Positions 49,351-59,303 of a stretch of 64,000 bases of DNA are shown here, in pieces. The notes beneath the pieces were generated by a model. That model saw nothing but the letters and a program-made list of their open reading frames with translations. It had not been told where the DNA came from and did not search any database. The translations under genes and the position numbers were made by a program. The DNA is from Candidatus Poribacteria bacterium (lineage in GTDB: Bacteria; Poribacteria; WGA-4E; PCPOR2b): contig OZ220744.1 in NCBI GenBank assembly GCA_965116925.1, forward strand, positions 6,407,378 through 6,471,377, in the 5' to 3' direction. Numbering within the stretch: position 1 is the stretch's first letter; every line of letters begins with the position of its first letter.

Positions 49351-49755
49351 TTATTCCGCGTATTCATCAAAGTTAGTGACCTTCCACTGTCCATCAACCA
49401 ATTCGGTGAAGATCACAGTGTTACGAACTGTATTTGAAAAACTTGTACCCTTGATGGTCAATTGGTATCTGAAGAATACGCGGTTGTCGTCCTCAATTTT
49501 TTTTCCCACCTGCTTATACTCGATGTTCGGTTTTACTTGGGATTGGTCGCTACCACTTCGCACTTCCCGTAAGAATTCAATTTCTGTTTCCAATTTTTCC
49601 TTAGCCAGTCCATCGCTCAAACGTAACGCCATCCCTTGGTTTGCATGCAGGTAGTAGTTATAGACAAAATCCTCCGCAACACCTTCAGGCGTATTTCTGT
49701 CCGAACAAGCAGATATAATCAATAACAAACTGAAGCCGATCCATGCCCTTTTCAT
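49351..49755 (-). CDS. Hypothetical lipoprotein (possible NTF2-like fold)
   Basis: MKRAWIGFSLLLIISA|C lipobox; TPEGVAEDF and GQWKV pattern. Confidence 0.7.
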   Translation of the reverse strand: MKRAWIGFSLLLIISACSDRNTPEGVAEDFVYNYYLHANQGMALRLSDGLAKEKLETEIEFLREVRSGSDQSQVKPNIEYKQVGKKIEDDNRVFFRYQLTIKGTSFSNTVRNTVIFTELVDGQWKVTNFDEYAE

Positions 49756-49806
49756 GGTATTTCCTTTCGTTGAACCGTTCAGCAAAGATAACAATCCGCA
49801 ATTTAC

Positions 49807-49835
49807 TTGACGCGGATGGGACGGGTTGATATAAT
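49807..49835 (+). promoter_or_regulatory. Sigma70-type promoter
   Basis: TTGACG-17 nt-TATAAT. Confidence 0.6.
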
Positions 49836-49899
49836 GCCAACGATTCTCTCGACCCGATGAGATATTGACATAACTTTTGGCAAACAGGAAGGAAGATTA

Positions 49900-50745
49900 A
49901 TGATTATTTGCCGCTGGTTTATTTCATTACAACTGTTTTTACTGTGTATCTTCATCTGTTTGGTGGGGTATGATCCGCCGCAGAGCGAAGCACAGACCGA
50001 TTCGCCCGAACAGTCAAACCAAACCGCTCAGTCTACAAAACCAAAACGGGGACCGAGGACCCTGGAAGCATTCCAAAACGCAATCAAATCCGGACAGGTA
50101 GGAACCATCAGCGGACACGCGCTGTTCAAAGGTGAACCGCCTCCGCCCAAAGAACTGCGTGTTACATTAAACAAAAAGACGTGCGGACATACATATCAAT
50201 CTGAAAGTCTTCTTGTCTCTGAAAAAGGCGGCATTCAGAATGTAGTCGTGTCGTTGTTGAGAATCCCCAAAGGGTTGCCAAGGAAGACTGACGACAAACC
50301 GATCCAAATTGATCAGCAAAAATGTATTTTTATCCCACATGTGCTGCTGGTCCCCGCCGGCGTAGAATTTGAAGTCTTAAATAGCGATCCCGTGTTGCAC
50401 AGTTTCCATACCATTGGCGCACATAACAAAGAGCTCAACATCATACAGACCAAAACGAAAAGGAGACGGTTGCCCGTGACGTTCCCTGAACCTGATACCA
50501 TTAAAGTGGTTTGCGATGTGCATAGCTGGATGAAGGCATGGATTATTGTAACCGAGCATCCCTACTACGCACTCACGGATGCGGACGGTCAGTTTCGGTT
50601 GGAAAATGTGCCAGAAGGGAGTTACCGCATTAGGGCGTGGCATGAAGAATTGGGGACGCTACCGGTTCAAGAAGTTGCGGTCACCATCAATCAAGATGCA
50701 AAGGTTGATTTTGAGTTCAGCCTACCCCAACAGGCGGTGCAATGA
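49900..50745 (+). CDS. Exported protein with cupredoxin-like and carboxypeptidase-regulatory-like domains
   Basis: DQQKC.F.PHV, NSDPVLH, CDVHSWM, TDADG.F....VP.G.Y...AWHE motifs. Confidence 0.75.
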   Translation: MIICRWFISLQLFLLCIFICLVGYDPPQSEAQTDSPEQSNQTAQSTKPKRGPRTLEAFQNAIKSGQVGTISGHALFKGEPPPPKELRVTLNKKTCGHTYQSESLLVSEKGGIQNVVVSLLRIPKGLPRKTDDKPIQIDQQKCIFIPHVLLVPAGVEFEVLNSDPVLHSFHTIGAHNKELNIIQTKTKRRRLPVTFPEPDTIKVVCDVHSWMKAWIIVTEHPYYALTDADGQFRLENVPEGSYRIRAWHEELGTLPVQEVAVTINQDAKVDFEFSLPQQAVQ

Positions 50746-50967
50746 AGTACCAAGTCAACCGCCCCGGCCTACAGGCACTTGCCAAAGGCAGCTCTTACTG
50801 ATTCACTCCGCTTTGCGCCTCCGTGCGAACAGAGAATTCTCTATATCATTTCCACCGTCCTCAACAGATTCGTGCTTATCTTATTCAGAGAGTTATCGAA
50901 TGATAGCCTGTAATGGAATCAACGTCAAGAAAAATTAAAGGCTCTAGCCTTGGGAGTACATTAAAGG

Positions 50968-52068
50968 ATGAAAATTACCAAACTCGAAACGTTCCTGATT
51001 GCACCCCGCTGGCTGTTTCTGCGGGTACATACCGACGAGGGAATTGTCGGCTTGGGTGAGCCGTATCTAGAGGGACGCGCCACAACCTCCGCTGAAGCGG
51101 TTAGGGAAATGGAAGATTACCTCATCGGTCAAGATCCACGACGCATTATCCACCACTGGGAGGCGATGTATAGACAACCGTGTTATCATGGCGGCGCAAT
51201 TATGATGAGTGCTATCAGTGGGGTCGAGGCGGCGCTTTGGGATATTCTGGGCAAGAGCGTCGGGCTGCCGGTGTGGCAGCTGTTGGGTGGACGTGCACGA
51301 GACCGTATTCGTCTGTACAAAGGGGGCGGCTCCATTGAGCAGATGAAGGAAGATGTGGCGCGTGGATTCAAAGGGTTCAAAATCGGTTTGCCGGGACAAT
51401 ATCCCAAGGTTCACGCCACGAAAGCGTTTATCGATCAAGCGGTTGCTTGGGTGGGAGAAGTCCGCGATGCTGTTGGCCCCTCCATTGACATCGCTATTGA
51501 TCTACACGGCGCATTTCTCCCCGCTGCCGCAGTGCCAATCATCAAAGCGTTGGAACCGCTGCATCCAGCGTGGATTGAGGATCCGTGTCAGTGCGAAAAC
51601 TACGATGAGATGGCGCGAATTGCTCAATCGACAAGCATTCCCATCGCGGCGGGTGAGCGCGTTTTCACACGCTGGGCGTTTCGTGAACTTCTGGAGCGCG
51701 GCGCAGCGAAAATCCTAAATCCCGATCCTTGCCATGTTGGTGGCATTTTTGAGACACGCCTCATCGCGGGGATGGCAGAGATGCACTATGCCGGCGTTGC
51801 GCCCCACTGTCCACTCGGTCCGATTGCGCTAGCGACCTGCCTGCAACTCGACGCCATGATGCCAAACTTTGTGTCTCAGGAACATGTGACGCTCGGTGAG
51901 GGCTACCTCAAAGAACCGTTCGTTCCGGTCGATGGTTACTTGCCGATCCCTGACAAACCGGGGCTTGGCATTGAACTCGACGATGAAGCGATGGCGGACA
52001 AAATCGGTGCTATCTTCCGGCCACAATCCCCGCTTCACCCCGACGATGGAACGGTCGTCGATTGGTAA
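50968..52068 (+). CDS. dgoD: Galactonate dehydratase-like enolase superfamily protein
   Basis: PRWLF, GLGEP, ALWDI.GK, D.H, ED P, GER, APHCPLGP and PGLGIE motifs; substrate not certain. Confidence 0.8.
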   Translation: MKITKLETFLIAPRWLFLRVHTDEGIVGLGEPYLEGRATTSAEAVREMEDYLIGQDPRRIIHHWEAMYRQPCYHGGAIMMSAISGVEAALWDILGKSVGLPVWQLLGGRARDRIRLYKGGGSIEQMKEDVARGFKGFKIGLPGQYPKVHATKAFIDQAVAWVGEVRDAVGPSIDIAIDLHGAFLPAAAVPIIKALEPLHPAWIEDPCQCENYDEMARIAQSTSIPIAAGERVFTRWAFRELLERGAAKILNPDPCHVGGIFETRLIAGMAEMHYAGVAPHCPLGPIALATCLQLDAMMPNFVSQEHVTLGEGYLKEPFVPVDGYLPIPDKPGLGIELDDEAMADKIGAIFRPQSPLHPDDGTVVDW

Positions 52069-52093
52069 GGTGGGAGCCGTGCCTACAAGAATT

Positions 52094-52231
52094 TATGGTG
52101 AATTCTAAAAATAAGTGGATATTTACCAATAACTTTGACCTGCGCGAAGCTTCAAAAGTCTCCCTGACAAGGGGGATTTAGGGGGTTGGTTGTGCATTGG
52201 GAGTGTCTCATTAATTCTAAAATCTACTATA
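52094..52231. mobile_element. MITE-like element, second copy of the TATAGTG-end family in inverted orientation
   Basis: tatggtgaattctaaaaataagtgg ... gagtgtctcattaattctaaaatctactata; different internal cargo from copy 1. Confidence 0.6.
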
Positions 52232-52269
52232 GTTTGCTGCGTAGTACAGAGGAGATGGTGTAAGTTGCT

Positions 52270-53181
52270 ATGATAGACCGTTCGAGAGTTCGAGAAGCGC
52301 TTACGGGTCCCGTTGCCTCCGTCCATACCCCCTTTCTACCTGATGGAGAGATCGACGAAAACGGGCTGCGGAACATGATCGACCATGTGATTGACGCCGG
52401 AAGTGGGAGCATCATCTTAACCTATGGGGATAGCCTTTATTCAGTGTTGACCGACGAGGAAGTTGCTCATCTCACCAAAGTGACCGCAGCGCATGTGGCT
52501 GGACGCGCCATGGTTATCGCGGCGGATAGACAGTGGTGGACCGACAAAGAGGTGGAATTTGCCAAATACGCTGCAAGCGTCAACGCGGATCTATTAATGG
52601 TTCTGCCCCCCAACTGGGCGAAATCCTGCACGGTGGAAACCTTTGTCGAACACTACGCCGCTGTCGCTGAACACATTCCGGTGATGGTTGTCACCAATGT
52701 GTTTGCGGGTGCACCGGATCTCGGTCTAAAGACGCTGGAGGTCTTGCGCGATAAAGTAGAGGGAGTTGTCGCCATTAAGGATGACATTGTTGGAGCGTTT
52801 GCTAGACGGATGGGATTGCTGTTACACGGTCATTGGGGCGTAATTTCCGGTGGGCAGAAACAGAACCATCTGGACGTGCTGCCTTACGGCTGCGACGGGT
52901 ATTTCTCCACTTTCATTCATTTTAGACCCGACATCACTCAGGAATACTGGCGGGCAATCCAGACGCAGGATTGGCAGCGTGTGAAAGAGGTTATACAGAA
53001 TTACGATTTTCCCTATTTCGACTTTGTCGGTGGCTTGACAGGCGGTGGAGACGCCGGCATCCATGGGACGCTGGAGCTATTCGGGATTGCCGGGCGTTGG
53101 CGCAGAAAACCCTATCACACGCTGAACGACGCAGAGATGGAGCAGTTGAAAGGATTCTTCCAAGCCAAAGGCTTACTTTAA
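52270..53181 (+). CDS. DHDPS/NAL-family aldolase
   Basis: TPF..DGEID, L...E, VLPP and AIKD Schiff-base lysine; GxTGE replaced by YGDS. Confidence 0.8.
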   Translation: MIDRSRVREALTGPVASVHTPFLPDGEIDENGLRNMIDHVIDAGSGSIILTYGDSLYSVLTDEEVAHLTKVTAAHVAGRAMVIAADRQWWTDKEVEFAKYAASVNADLLMVLPPNWAKSCTVETFVEHYAAVAEHIPVMVVTNVFAGAPDLGLKTLEVLRDKVEGVVAIKDDIVGAFARRMGLLLHGHWGVISGGQKQNHLDVLPYGCDGYFSTFIHFRPDITQEYWRAIQTQDWQRVKEVIQNYDFPYFDFVGGLTGGGDAGIHGTLELFGIAGRWRRKPYHTLNDAEMEQLKGFFQAKGLL

Positions 53182-53897
53182 GTCCGGTTGCCCCTCTTAC
53201 TTTTCCATTCCTCATACTCAGCCAACGTTTTTTCATCAGGCGGATAGACGCCGACGATACTCGCCCCTGCCTGTATCTTTTCCGTGATAAACACCTCTTT
53301 CTCCTCCATTTCAGCGGAGGTCTGCGCCACCTGCTCCGCCAAGTGTGCCGGCACCACGACGACACCCTCTTCATCGCCAACGATGATGTCGCCCGGATAC
53401 ACCGCCACGTCACCACAGGCAATCGGCACCTGAATCTCGCTCGGATGGTGTATGGTTTTATTGGTGTGAGCATTCATCGCTGCAGCATAAGCCGCAATAC
53501 CAAGTTCCGCGATAACTGGACTATCACGGTAAGCACCATCGGTCACAATACCCGCTGCGCCACGGCAATGGAGGCGTGTAGCAAGGATTGACCCCATTGT
53601 TCCTGCGCGGGTATCCCCTCGTGCATCAATAACCAAGACTTCTCCCTCACCAATCTGCTCAATCCCGACACGTTGGACATCTTTCAGGTTATCAACTGTG
53701 CCCGGATCCAGATCTTCGCGCATTGGTATGTATCGAAGGGTGAATGCGGGTCCTGCCATCTTCATATTGGGGCGTAGCGGTGCGACACCGTGCATAAACG
53801 TCCAGGTGATGCCATGTTGCCGCAGCACCGAAGTCAAGGTTGCGGTACTGGGAATCAAGAGAAGATCGAGTGTCTCACGCGATATTTTTTTTGCCAT
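53178..53897 (-). CDS. RraA-like / HMG aldolase family protein
   Basis: GPAFTLRY, DG..RD and V.PGDIIVGDEEGVVVVP motifs. Confidence 0.9.
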   Translation of the reverse strand: MAKKISRETLDLLLIPSTATLTSVLRQHGITWTFMHGVAPLRPNMKMAGPAFTLRYIPMREDLDPGTVDNLKDVQRVGIEQIGEGEVLVIDARGDTRAGTMGSILATRLHCRGAAGIVTDGAYRDSPVIAELGIAAYAAAMNAHTNKTIHHPSEIQVPIACGDVAVYPGDIIVGDEEGVVVVPAHLAEQVAQTSAEMEEKEVFITEKIQAGASIVGVYPPDEKTLAEYEEWKSKRGNRT

Positions 53898-54092
53898 TCG
53901 TTTCTCCTTTTACAGAATCATTTTTATGAAGACTTCAAATTGTCGTATAAACCTGTCTACCTGATATTATAAACCAGAATAGTTATAATTCAACCTCTAA
54001 ATTCAATCAGGATTTTCAGGTTGCTTTGAATCCCGACTCATCGGGGTTTAAAGAACTAACGGGTGCTTGCATCCCAATTTTATTGAGGATAT

Positions 54093-54120
54093 TTTCACGT
54101 TTCACGTTTCACGTTTTACG
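54093..54120. repeat. Heptamer tandem repeat (TTTCACG)
   Basis: tttcacg x3 plus ttttacg. Confidence 0.75.
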
Positions 54121-54133
54121 CTTCGGTTTTGAG

Positions 54134-54162
54134 TTGACGTGCAGGGGGTGCTATTGTATAAT
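54134..54162 (+). promoter_or_regulatory. Sigma70-type promoter of rsmD
   Basis: TTGACG-17 nt-TATAAT. Confidence 0.65.
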
Positions 54163-54214
54163 CTGCCTGTATTTCACTACGCACTAAGTTTCAAAGCGTC
54201 AACAGGGTCGCAGG

Positions 54215-54790
54215 ATGAGAATTGTCGCTGGAAAATTCAAAGGCAGACGGTTAAAAACACTTAAAGGTTCAGAGGTTCGTCCCACTGCCGACCGCGTTAA
54301 GGAGTCGTTATTTCGTATCTTTGGTGAGCAGGTCATCGACGCTGATTTTCTGGACCTCTGTGCAGGAACCGGTAGCATCGGTCTGGAAGCATTGAGCCAA
54401 GGTGCGAGGGCTGCTACCTTTGTTGATAGCAGTTATCACTCTGTCCGCATTATCGAGTCTAATCTTGAAATGTGTGGGTTTGACCGCAAGCATCCGGGTG
54501 TCCGGCTCATTCACCTTGACGCACGGAAAGCACTTGCCCGACTTGGCAAACGTAAAGCGCAGTTCGACCTGATTTACTTTGATCCGCCATACGCCTCTAA
54601 AATCCACGAATCGTGTGTGAAGCAGATTGCGGAGGCAGATATACTTTTGCCAACCGGGGTGCTCGTTATTGAACATCGAACAGTTCAAAAGATAGATTGG
54701 ACTGAGTCTTTGATACTAGATGAATTGGTACTAAGTCGTCAAGAACGGTATGGTGACACAATGCTTTCATTTTATAGATGGCAGCCGTAA
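54215..54790 (+). CDS. rsmD: 16S rRNA m2G966 methyltransferase
   Basis: MRIVAG..KGR, RPT.DRVKESLF, DLCAGTG, DPPY and YGDT motifs. Confidence 0.95.
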   Translation: MRIVAGKFKGRRLKTLKGSEVRPTADRVKESLFRIFGEQVIDADFLDLCAGTGSIGLEALSQGARAATFVDSSYHSVRIIESNLEMCGFDRKHPGVRLIHLDARKALARLGKRKAQFDLIYFDPPYASKIHESCVKQIAEADILLPTGVLVIEHRTVQKIDWTESLILDELVLSRQERYGDTMLSFYRWQP

Positions 54791-54802
54791 AGGATCAAAA
54801 TC

Positions 54803-55207
54803 ATGCCAAATCGTGCGCTAGACTGGTTGAGACAAGCCGATAGAGATTTCGAGCAGGCGATGGATTCCCGCCATGCCGAACGACATGAGTGGGCATGTTT
54901 CGCTGCACAACAGGCAGCGGAAAAAGCGGTCAAGGCTTTACATCTTCATGTAGGACAGGAGGCGTGGGGTCATGTCGTCGCCCAGCTACTTGAGGAGTTG
55001 CCAGAAACCATTGATGTGCCAGAACTCTTGGTTGAAAAGGGACGCGTTTTGGATAATTTCTATATTCCATCCCGTTATCCGAATGGTCATTTGACAGGAG
55101 CCCCTTTTGAACACTACGGTCCGCTACAAAGTGAGGTGGCAATTCGACATGCCCGTGAGATTATTGAGTTCGCCCGTGCTCAAATGGCCGGATGCCCAAA
55201 CTGTTGA
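54803..55207 (+). CDS. HEPN domain protein
   Basis: W.CFAAQQAAEKAVKA, WGH and YIPSRYPNGH (Rx4H) motifs. Confidence 0.88.
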   Translation: MPNRALDWLRQADRDFEQAMDSRHAERHEWACFAAQQAAEKAVKALHLHVGQEAWGHVVAQLLEELPETIDVPELLVEKGRVLDNFYIPSRYPNGHLTGAPFEHYGPLQSEVAIRHAREIIEFARAQMAGCPNC

Positions 55208-55508
55208 TGAAGCGGTACGTCGTTGGGCTGCAGACATTCATCAAAACCGAAAAGATGTGCTGCGTATCGGGTACTTTGGTTCCTACGCACGAGGAGATTG
55301 GGGAGTAGGGAGTGACCTCGATCTCATCGTTATTGTTAAACACTCTGACCTGCCTTTTGAAAGACGAAGTGCCAGTTGGAATGTTACGGGACTGCCGGTC
55401 CCTGTCGATCTATTAATCTATACTCAGGCGGAATGGCATGAACTTCGTCAGCGAAGATTTTATTCAACAGTGATGCGAGAAGCGATTTGGGTTTTAGACA
55501 TGGGCTAA
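55149..55508 (+). CDS. Minimal nucleotidyltransferase (MNT)
   Basis: FGSYARGD....SDLDL and PVDL; ATG 55149 overlaps the HEPN gene end. Confidence 0.88.
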   Translation: MPVRLLSSPVLKWPDAQTVDEAVRRWAADIHQNRKDVLRIGYFGSYARGDWGVGSDLDLIVIVKHSDLPFERRSASWNVTGLPVPVDLLIYTQAEWHELRQRRFYSTVMREAIWVLDMG

Positions 55509-55521
55509 AAATAGCTTCTAC

Positions 55522-56583
55522 TTGGTTGCGTTAAGAGGAAAAACTTTGCAAGACATCAAGATCACCAATGCCCTCCCACTCGATCAGATTTTGTGCGGCG
55601 ATAATCTGGAGTTGATTCGACAACTTCCAGATCGCTCTGTTCAACTTGTCATTACTTCACCGCCCTATTTCCAACAACGCGACTATGGTGGAGGTATGGG
55701 CAATGAGGCGCGTTTAGAGGAATATCTTGAGAACCTACTAACCCTGTTCCGTGAGTGTGTGCGCGTTGTAGCAGATGACGGGAGCCTTGTGTTTAATTTA
55801 GGAGATAAGTACGAAGATAGCAGCTTGCTCCTTGTACCGTACCGCTTTGCGATTGAGGCGACAAAAACAGGATTGGTGAAACTAGTCAACGATGTGACAT
55901 GGGTGAAGAAAAATCCAACACCACGCCAGTTTAGACGGCGATTGGTCAGCAGCACCGAGCCGTTCTTTCATTTTGTCAAGACAGGGGATTACTTTTATAA
56001 TCCCGATGCGTTCATGTCAAACGAGAGTGCCTCCCCAAAATTGCAGTCCCAAGGGACAAATGTGGGGCAGAAGTATTTCGAGTTGATTAATCAATCAAAT
56101 TTGTCTGAGGACGAAAAACGTAATGCCCGTCTTGCCTTGGAAGCTGCAATTCAAGAAGTTCGCCGTGGTGAAATCGCAGGATTACGGATGAAAATTCGTG
56201 GTATCCACGCGGAAGCATTTGGCGGACAGGATGGCGGCCGTAAGATTCAGATCGAAAAAAATGGTTTCACGCTTATTCGATTACGGGGCAATAAACTCAA
56301 GCGAGATGTGCTCGAGCACTCCGTTGAGTCAATTAAAGGAATCAAGCATCCAGCAATTTACCCCGTAAAAATTGTTGAGGAATTTCTGCACCTGCTCACA
56401 CGCCCTGGCGATGTCGTGTTAGATCCCTTCATCGGTTCCGGTTCCACAGCCGTTGCCTGCCAACAACTCGGACGGCATTTCATCGGCTATGATATTAACC
56501 CGGAGTATTGTGAATATGCACAAAATCGGGTTGAGACGCTGATCAATGAAGATACATTACCTCTGTTTGAAAATCGGTTATAG
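55522..56583 (+). CDS. Site-specific DNA methyltransferase, beta class (probably N4-cytosine)
   Basis: TSPPY (motif IV) near the N-terminus, HPA.YP and LDPFIGSG (motif I) near the C-terminus; start may be TTG 55546. Confidence 0.9.
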   Translation: MVALRGKTLQDIKITNALPLDQILCGDNLELIRQLPDRSVQLVITSPPYFQQRDYGGGMGNEARLEEYLENLLTLFRECVRVVADDGSLVFNLGDKYEDSSLLLVPYRFAIEATKTGLVKLVNDVTWVKKNPTPRQFRRRLVSSTEPFFHFVKTGDYFYNPDAFMSNESASPKLQSQGTNVGQKYFELINQSNLSEDEKRNARLALEAAIQEVRRGEIAGLRMKIRGIHAEAFGGQDGGRKIQIEKNGFTLIRLRGNKLKRDVLEHSVESIKGIKHPAIYPVKIVEEFLHLLTRPGDVVLDPFIGSGSTAVACQQLGRHFIGYDINPEYCEYAQNRVETLINEDTLPLFENRL

Positions 56584-56666
56584 ACGCTCGCTCTCCTACA
56601 TTGCCAAGAAAGGTAGTTTGAACCACGACCTGCATTGTTCCTACTCTTGAAGAGATTCAGACTCAG

Positions 56667-58061
56667 TTGACGGCTTTTGACCTCTTTCAGGTGTTAGCTG
56701 ATGAACCCCATAGCTTTTTCCTTGATAGCGGCATGGATGCTCCAAGGCTGGGACGCTATTCGTTTGTCGGTTCGCAGCCTTTCCTGATCTTCCGCAGCAA
56801 AGGGACAAACCTCCAGTTTAATTGGAGAGGCCGGATTGAGCAACGTTCAGGCAATCCTTTTGACGCGCTCCGAGAAATTTTGAATCGGTTCCAGTCCGCG
56901 TCTTTGCCCTGCGACCTACCGTTTATCGGTGGAGTTGGATATTTGGGGTATCCACTCCGCTGCTTCATCGAAGAACTACCAGCGACAGCACACGACGACC
57001 TCAAATTGCCCGATTGCTACTTTACCTTCTACGATGCCGTCGTTGCATTTGACCATTTGACCAATCAGGTCTATTTATGCCAATCCAATGTCAACGATAG
57101 CTCCGCCAATCGACATCAACAGCAGGTCGAAAAACTTCGCTCCCTCCTCCAATCTGAAGCTCACTGCTCGCAACGTCGCTGCGAAGTGCTCAAGTTAGAT
57201 CTTTCACATTTCACGAAATATCCGATTCGATCCAACTTTTCTAAAACAGACTATCTCTCCACTGTACAACGCGCAAAGGCGTACATCGCATCGGGCGACG
57301 TTTACCAAGTTAATCTATCACAACGTCTATCAACCTCAACCGATTTACCCCCACCAGAGCTATACGCCCGCCTGCGTCAGTTAAGCCCTGTCCCTTATAG
57401 CGCGTACCTCCACTGTGGTGATTTTCAGGTTCTGAGTGCTTCTCCTGAACGGTTCCTCCATTTTTCGCCAAGCAGCCGAACCGTCGAAACCCGTCCAATC
57501 AAAGGGACCCGCCCACGCGGCCTGACACCAGAGTTAGATCGCAAACTAGCGACAGAGCTGCTGCATAGCGAAAAAGATCTCGCTGAACTGTTAATGATTG
57601 TTGATCTTGAGCGGAATGACCTTGGACGCGTCTGTGAAATCGCCTCCATCCATGTGCCGGAGCGCGTCGCGCTCGAAAGCTATTCCAACATACACCATCT
57701 CGTTGCTACTGTCAGAGGAACGCTCCGGAGGGACGCTGATCGGATCGATCTCCTGAAGTCGTGCTTTCCGGGCGGCTCGATCACCGGTGCACCAAAGATT
57801 CGGGCGATGGAACTGATTGATGAACTGGAGCCGACGGATCGCGGCGTATATACAGGAGCAATCGGCTACTTCGGGTTTGACGGGACGATGGATCTCAACA
57901 TCGCCATTCGGACCTGTATCCTCAAGGAAGGGTGTGCCTACTTTCACGTTGGCGGCGGCATTGTTGCGGATTCCGAACCCGAGGCAGAATATCAGGAAAC
58001 CCTAGATAAAGCGAGCAGCTGGATGACTGTTTTAGAAGGCGATATCAAACATGATATGTAA
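56667..58061 (+). CDS. pabB: Aminodeoxychorismate synthase component I
   Basis: GDVYQVNL, SPERF, PIKGT, SEKD.AE..MIVDL.RND and GGSITGAPK motifs. Confidence 0.9.
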   Translation: MTAFDLFQVLADEPHSFFLDSGMDAPRLGRYSFVGSQPFLIFRSKGTNLQFNWRGRIEQRSGNPFDALREILNRFQSASLPCDLPFIGGVGYLGYPLRCFIEELPATAHDDLKLPDCYFTFYDAVVAFDHLTNQVYLCQSNVNDSSANRHQQQVEKLRSLLQSEAHCSQRRCEVLKLDLSHFTKYPIRSNFSKTDYLSTVQRAKAYIASGDVYQVNLSQRLSTSTDLPPPELYARLRQLSPVPYSAYLHCGDFQVLSASPERFLHFSPSSRTVETRPIKGTRPRGLTPELDRKLATELLHSEKDLAELLMIVDLERNDLGRVCEIASIHVPERVALESYSNIHHLVATVRGTLRRDADRIDLLKSCFPGGSITGAPKIRAMELIDELEPTDRGVYTGAIGYFGFDGTMDLNIAIRTCILKEGCAYFHVGGGIVADSEPEAEYQETLDKASSWMTVLEGDIKHDM

Positions 58062-58134
58062 AAGTCAAATCTGTTGGGTTGTGTTTAACTGTTAAACCTG
58101 TGGTCATGAGCTATCTGCTCATAAGGAGAACATC

Positions 58135-59184
58135 ATGAGCCAAACAAGAAAAGTTGTTGTAATGGATAGCAACGGAAAAATCTGGACGGAGGAGCAGCCT
58201 ACCCCTGAACCTGAGTCGGGACAATTACTGGTAGAAGTCAAAGCATCAATGGTAAGCCCGGGCTCCGGACTCGGTGGGGTCAAGGGCAGACGTGCAAATC
58301 CAGAACCGAATCCAGCCGCGCGTCCTTTCGGTTATACCAACGCCGGTGTCGTCATTGGTAAAAAAGGGGATTGTGATGAGTTTTCGATTGGCGATCGTGT
58401 GTCGGGAATGGGCGGTGGATACGCCCTACACGCCACGCACGCCTGTATACCGCACAATCTGTGTGCAAAGATTCCTGAGAATGTGAGTGATGCCGAAGCG
58501 GCGTCCAATCATCTTGCAGCGACAGCCTTACACGCTGTGCAGCGCGGCCGAATCACAATCGGTGAAAATGTTGTTGTAGCAGGGCTGGGGCTGGTGGGAC
58601 AGTTGTCCTGTCAAATTGCACAGATTGCCGGTGCGTATGTTATGGGGTTAGATCATTTTCCCCGGCGTGTGCAGATTGCACAGGAGGCTGGTGTGGATCT
58701 GCCAATCCAATTAGGTGATACCGACCCGGTGTCGATTGCAGAAGAATTCACAAAAGGATACGGGATGGACTGTGGGATTATCGCATTCGGCGGCGATGGC
58801 ACGGAAGCGTTTCGCCAGATTCGCAGTATGCTCAAGACGGCACCAGACACGCACAAGATGGGACGCATCGTGATCGTTGGCGGTGCAAACATTACGCACC
58901 GCTTTGCCGCTGGCGTTGGAAATGTGGACGTAATCAGCGCGGCCCGGACGGGCCCCGGCTATCATGACGAAGCCTATGAACACGGCGCAGACTACCCACC
59001 GGTTTTCGTCCATTGGCCTACGCAACGGAATCTGGAATTAGTACTTCAGTTCATGTCGGAAGGTAAGCTAAGGGTGAAACCGCTGATTACCGATATGGTC
59101 CCAATCGATCAGGCCGCCGACGCGTGCGAAAAACTCATCCAAACCCCGAACGAGGCGTTGGGGGTTGTCTTCACTATGCCGTAA
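58135..59184 (+). CDS. MDR-superfamily dehydrogenase (zinc-type alcohol dehydrogenase-like)
   Basis: SPG, GY..AG and GLGLVG motifs; lacks the GHE zinc site. Confidence 0.82.
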   Translation: MSQTRKVVVMDSNGKIWTEEQPTPEPESGQLLVEVKASMVSPGSGLGGVKGRRANPEPNPAARPFGYTNAGVVIGKKGDCDEFSIGDRVSGMGGGYALHATHACIPHNLCAKIPENVSDAEAASNHLAATALHAVQRGRITIGENVVVAGLGLVGQLSCQIAQIAGAYVMGLDHFPRRVQIAQEAGVDLPIQLGDTDPVSIAEEFTKGYGMDCGIIAFGGDGTEAFRQIRSMLKTAPDTHKMGRIVIVGGANITHRFAAGVGNVDVISAARTGPGYHDEAYEHGADYPPVFVHWPTQRNLELVLQFMSEGKLRVKPLITDMVPIDQAADACEKLIQTPNEALGVVFTMP

Positions 59185-59203
59185 TCTATAGACGAAAAAT
59201 GGA

Positions 59204-59232
59204 TTGACAATCAAAATATGGTACACTATACT
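59204..59232 (+). promoter_or_regulatory. Sigma70-type promoter
   Basis: TTGACA-17 nt-TATACT. Confidence 0.65.
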
Positions 59233-59303
59233 GACCATACTGAATTTTGTTGTCGAAGGAGAGGTGAACCACAATCTTCCGAAAAATCAAGATCATCCTA
59301 GAC

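Noticed and set aside
52971..53591. 206-aa and 160-aa overlapping ORFs, and similar shadow ORFs throughout the track
   Set aside because: Antisense or alternate-frame shadows of well-supported genes with no recognisable motifs
56605..56670. Frameshift or ATT start at the 5' end of pabB
   Set aside because: The frame is open from 56622 and a TTG at 56618 is out of frame, but the in-frame TTG at 56667 gives an adequate protein; evidence is too weak
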